From positions 1 to 64,000 of the forward strand of contig JBKBYA010000007.1 of assembly GCA_046313635.1 (NCBI GenBank): DNA of 64,000 bases, in the 5' to 3' direction. The notes beneath the pieces were generated by a model. That model was not told the origin of the DNA and did no database searches. It saw only the letters and a list, made by a program, of their open reading frames with translations. How positions within the stretch are numbered: position 1 is the first letter of the stretch; every line of letters begins with the position of its first letter. Shown here in pieces: positions 63,125-64,000 of the stretch. The stretch is from Pyrinomonadaceae bacterium. Lineage in GTDB: Bacteria; Acidobacteriota; Blastocatellia; Pyrinomonadales; Pyrinomonadaceae. Made by a program: the position numbers and the translations under genes.

Positions 63125-63778
63125 TCAAGTACAGAGTAACATTGCGGCCGCCGCGAGCGCCTTGTAATTGTCGGCGATCGAGCCCGCGCCCGAATAGAGG
63201 CGCCCGATCACGGCGGCCGAATCGGCGCCGGCGGCGATCACCTCGGCGACGTTTGTGCGGTCGATGCCGCCGATGGCGACGAGCGCGATCTCGGGGCCGA
63301 TGCTCGCGCGTACACGGGCGAGGCCTTCGAGACCGACGACCGGATCGGGATCTTCTTTGGTCGCTGTCGCAAAGATCGGCCCGATCGCGATGTAGTCGAC
63401 CGGCATCGCGGCGGCCGCGATCGCCTGCTCGACGTTGTGCGTCGAGCAGCCGATGACGGCCCCGGGACCGAGCAGCTCTCGCGCGGCCGCGGGCGGCAGG
63501 TCGTCCTGCCCGATATGCAGGCCGGCGGCCCCGGCCATCAAGGCGATGTCGGCCCGGTCGTTGACGATGACGGTCGTGCCGCTCTCGCGTGCGAGGGCCG
63601 CGACGCTGCGGCATTCGGCCAAGAATTCCGCGGGTGTCGAATGCTTGTCTCTGAGCTGAATTAGCCGCGCTCCGGCGCCGATGAGCTGTCTCGCCTGCTC
63701 GACATGCGAGAGGCCGGAGAGGCGGCGGTCTGTGATCGGGTAGATGCGCGGCAGATCGAAGGTGCGGGCTGAGGCCAT
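63125..63778 (-). CDS. thiE: Thiamine-phosphate synthase
   Basis: QLRDK, VNDRADIA, HIGQDD, STHN, GPIFATATK, AIGGI. Confidence 0.95.
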   Translation of the reverse strand: MASARTFDLPRIYPITDRRLSGLSHVEQARQLIGAGARLIQLRDKHSTPAEFLAECRSVAALARESGTTVIVNDRADIALMAGAAGLHIGQDDLPPAAARELLGPGAVIGCSTHNVEQAIAAAAMPVDYIAIGPIFATATKEDPDPVVGLEGLARVRASIGPEIALVAIGGIDRTNVAEVIAAGADSAAVIGRLYSGAGSIADNYKALAAAAMLLCT

Positions 63779-63780
63779 CG

Positions 63781-64000
63781 TTAGACGAGCGATTTGATCA
63801 TAAGGTAGCCGTCCTCGCCGTTGCCGTAATACTTCTCGATGCGCTGGACGATCGAGTAACCGGCGCGCTCGTACAGCTCCTGCGCGCCGCGGTTGCCGAC
63901 GCGGACCTCGAGCATCAGCGTACCGATGCCCTTGGCCTGCAGCATCCTTTCGACGTGCTTCAGCAGCTTGGTCGCGAGACCTCGGCGGCGATGCTCGGGC
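63781..64000 (-). CDS. rimI: RimI-like N-acetyltransferase, 3' part (truncated by the window edge)
   Basis: Own translation: [13 protein letters not shown]...[19 protein letters not shown]...[12 protein letters not shown]. Confidence 0.8.
   Translation of the reverse strand, partial: PEHRRRGLATKLLKHVERMLQAKGIGTLMLEVRVGNRGAQELYERAGYSIVQRIEKYYGNGEDGYLMIKSLV

Overview
High-GC bacterial chromosome segment; gene content and style suggest Acidobacteriota, Blastocatellia/Pyrinomonadaceae-like (inference only). Left to right: (1) 1-392, a structured non-coding segment that cuts an aac(3)-I-like acetyltransferase gene and ends in a minus-strand Shine-Dalgarno at the window edge, best read as the left end of an IS110-type element with a candidate bridge/guide RNA; (2) osmC-like, GNAT, hmgA, DUF2277-like, receiver and RRM genes; (3) an ~18 kb signalling island (frameshifted multi-PAS hybrid kinase, CheB, CheB-CheR-PAS-GAF-kinase fusion, NarL-type regulator, TPR sigma54 activator); (4) a GH18-deacetylase-GT2 fusion, clpS, and ileS-lspA-lgt-rluA preceded by an unannotated Ile-rich leader-peptide attenuator; (5) GH20, GH92, nrfHA (CXXCH-type NrfA), DUF1501, a methyltransferase, argG, a MgtE-like/NRAMP-like pair, argH, a thioesterase, tilS-ftsH-folP-lptE-holA, a pilT-like gene, SIMPL, a BNR lipoprotein plus TonB receptor, thiE and a partial rimI. 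The window also holds many unrelated short palindromic/heptamer repeat elements. Several sit in-frame inside intact genes (ileS twice, rluA, GH92, lspA tail), one is nested in another and one forms a 3-unit array. No tRNA, rRNA or CRISPR array was recognised. All calls come from motif recognition by eye; no searches were run.
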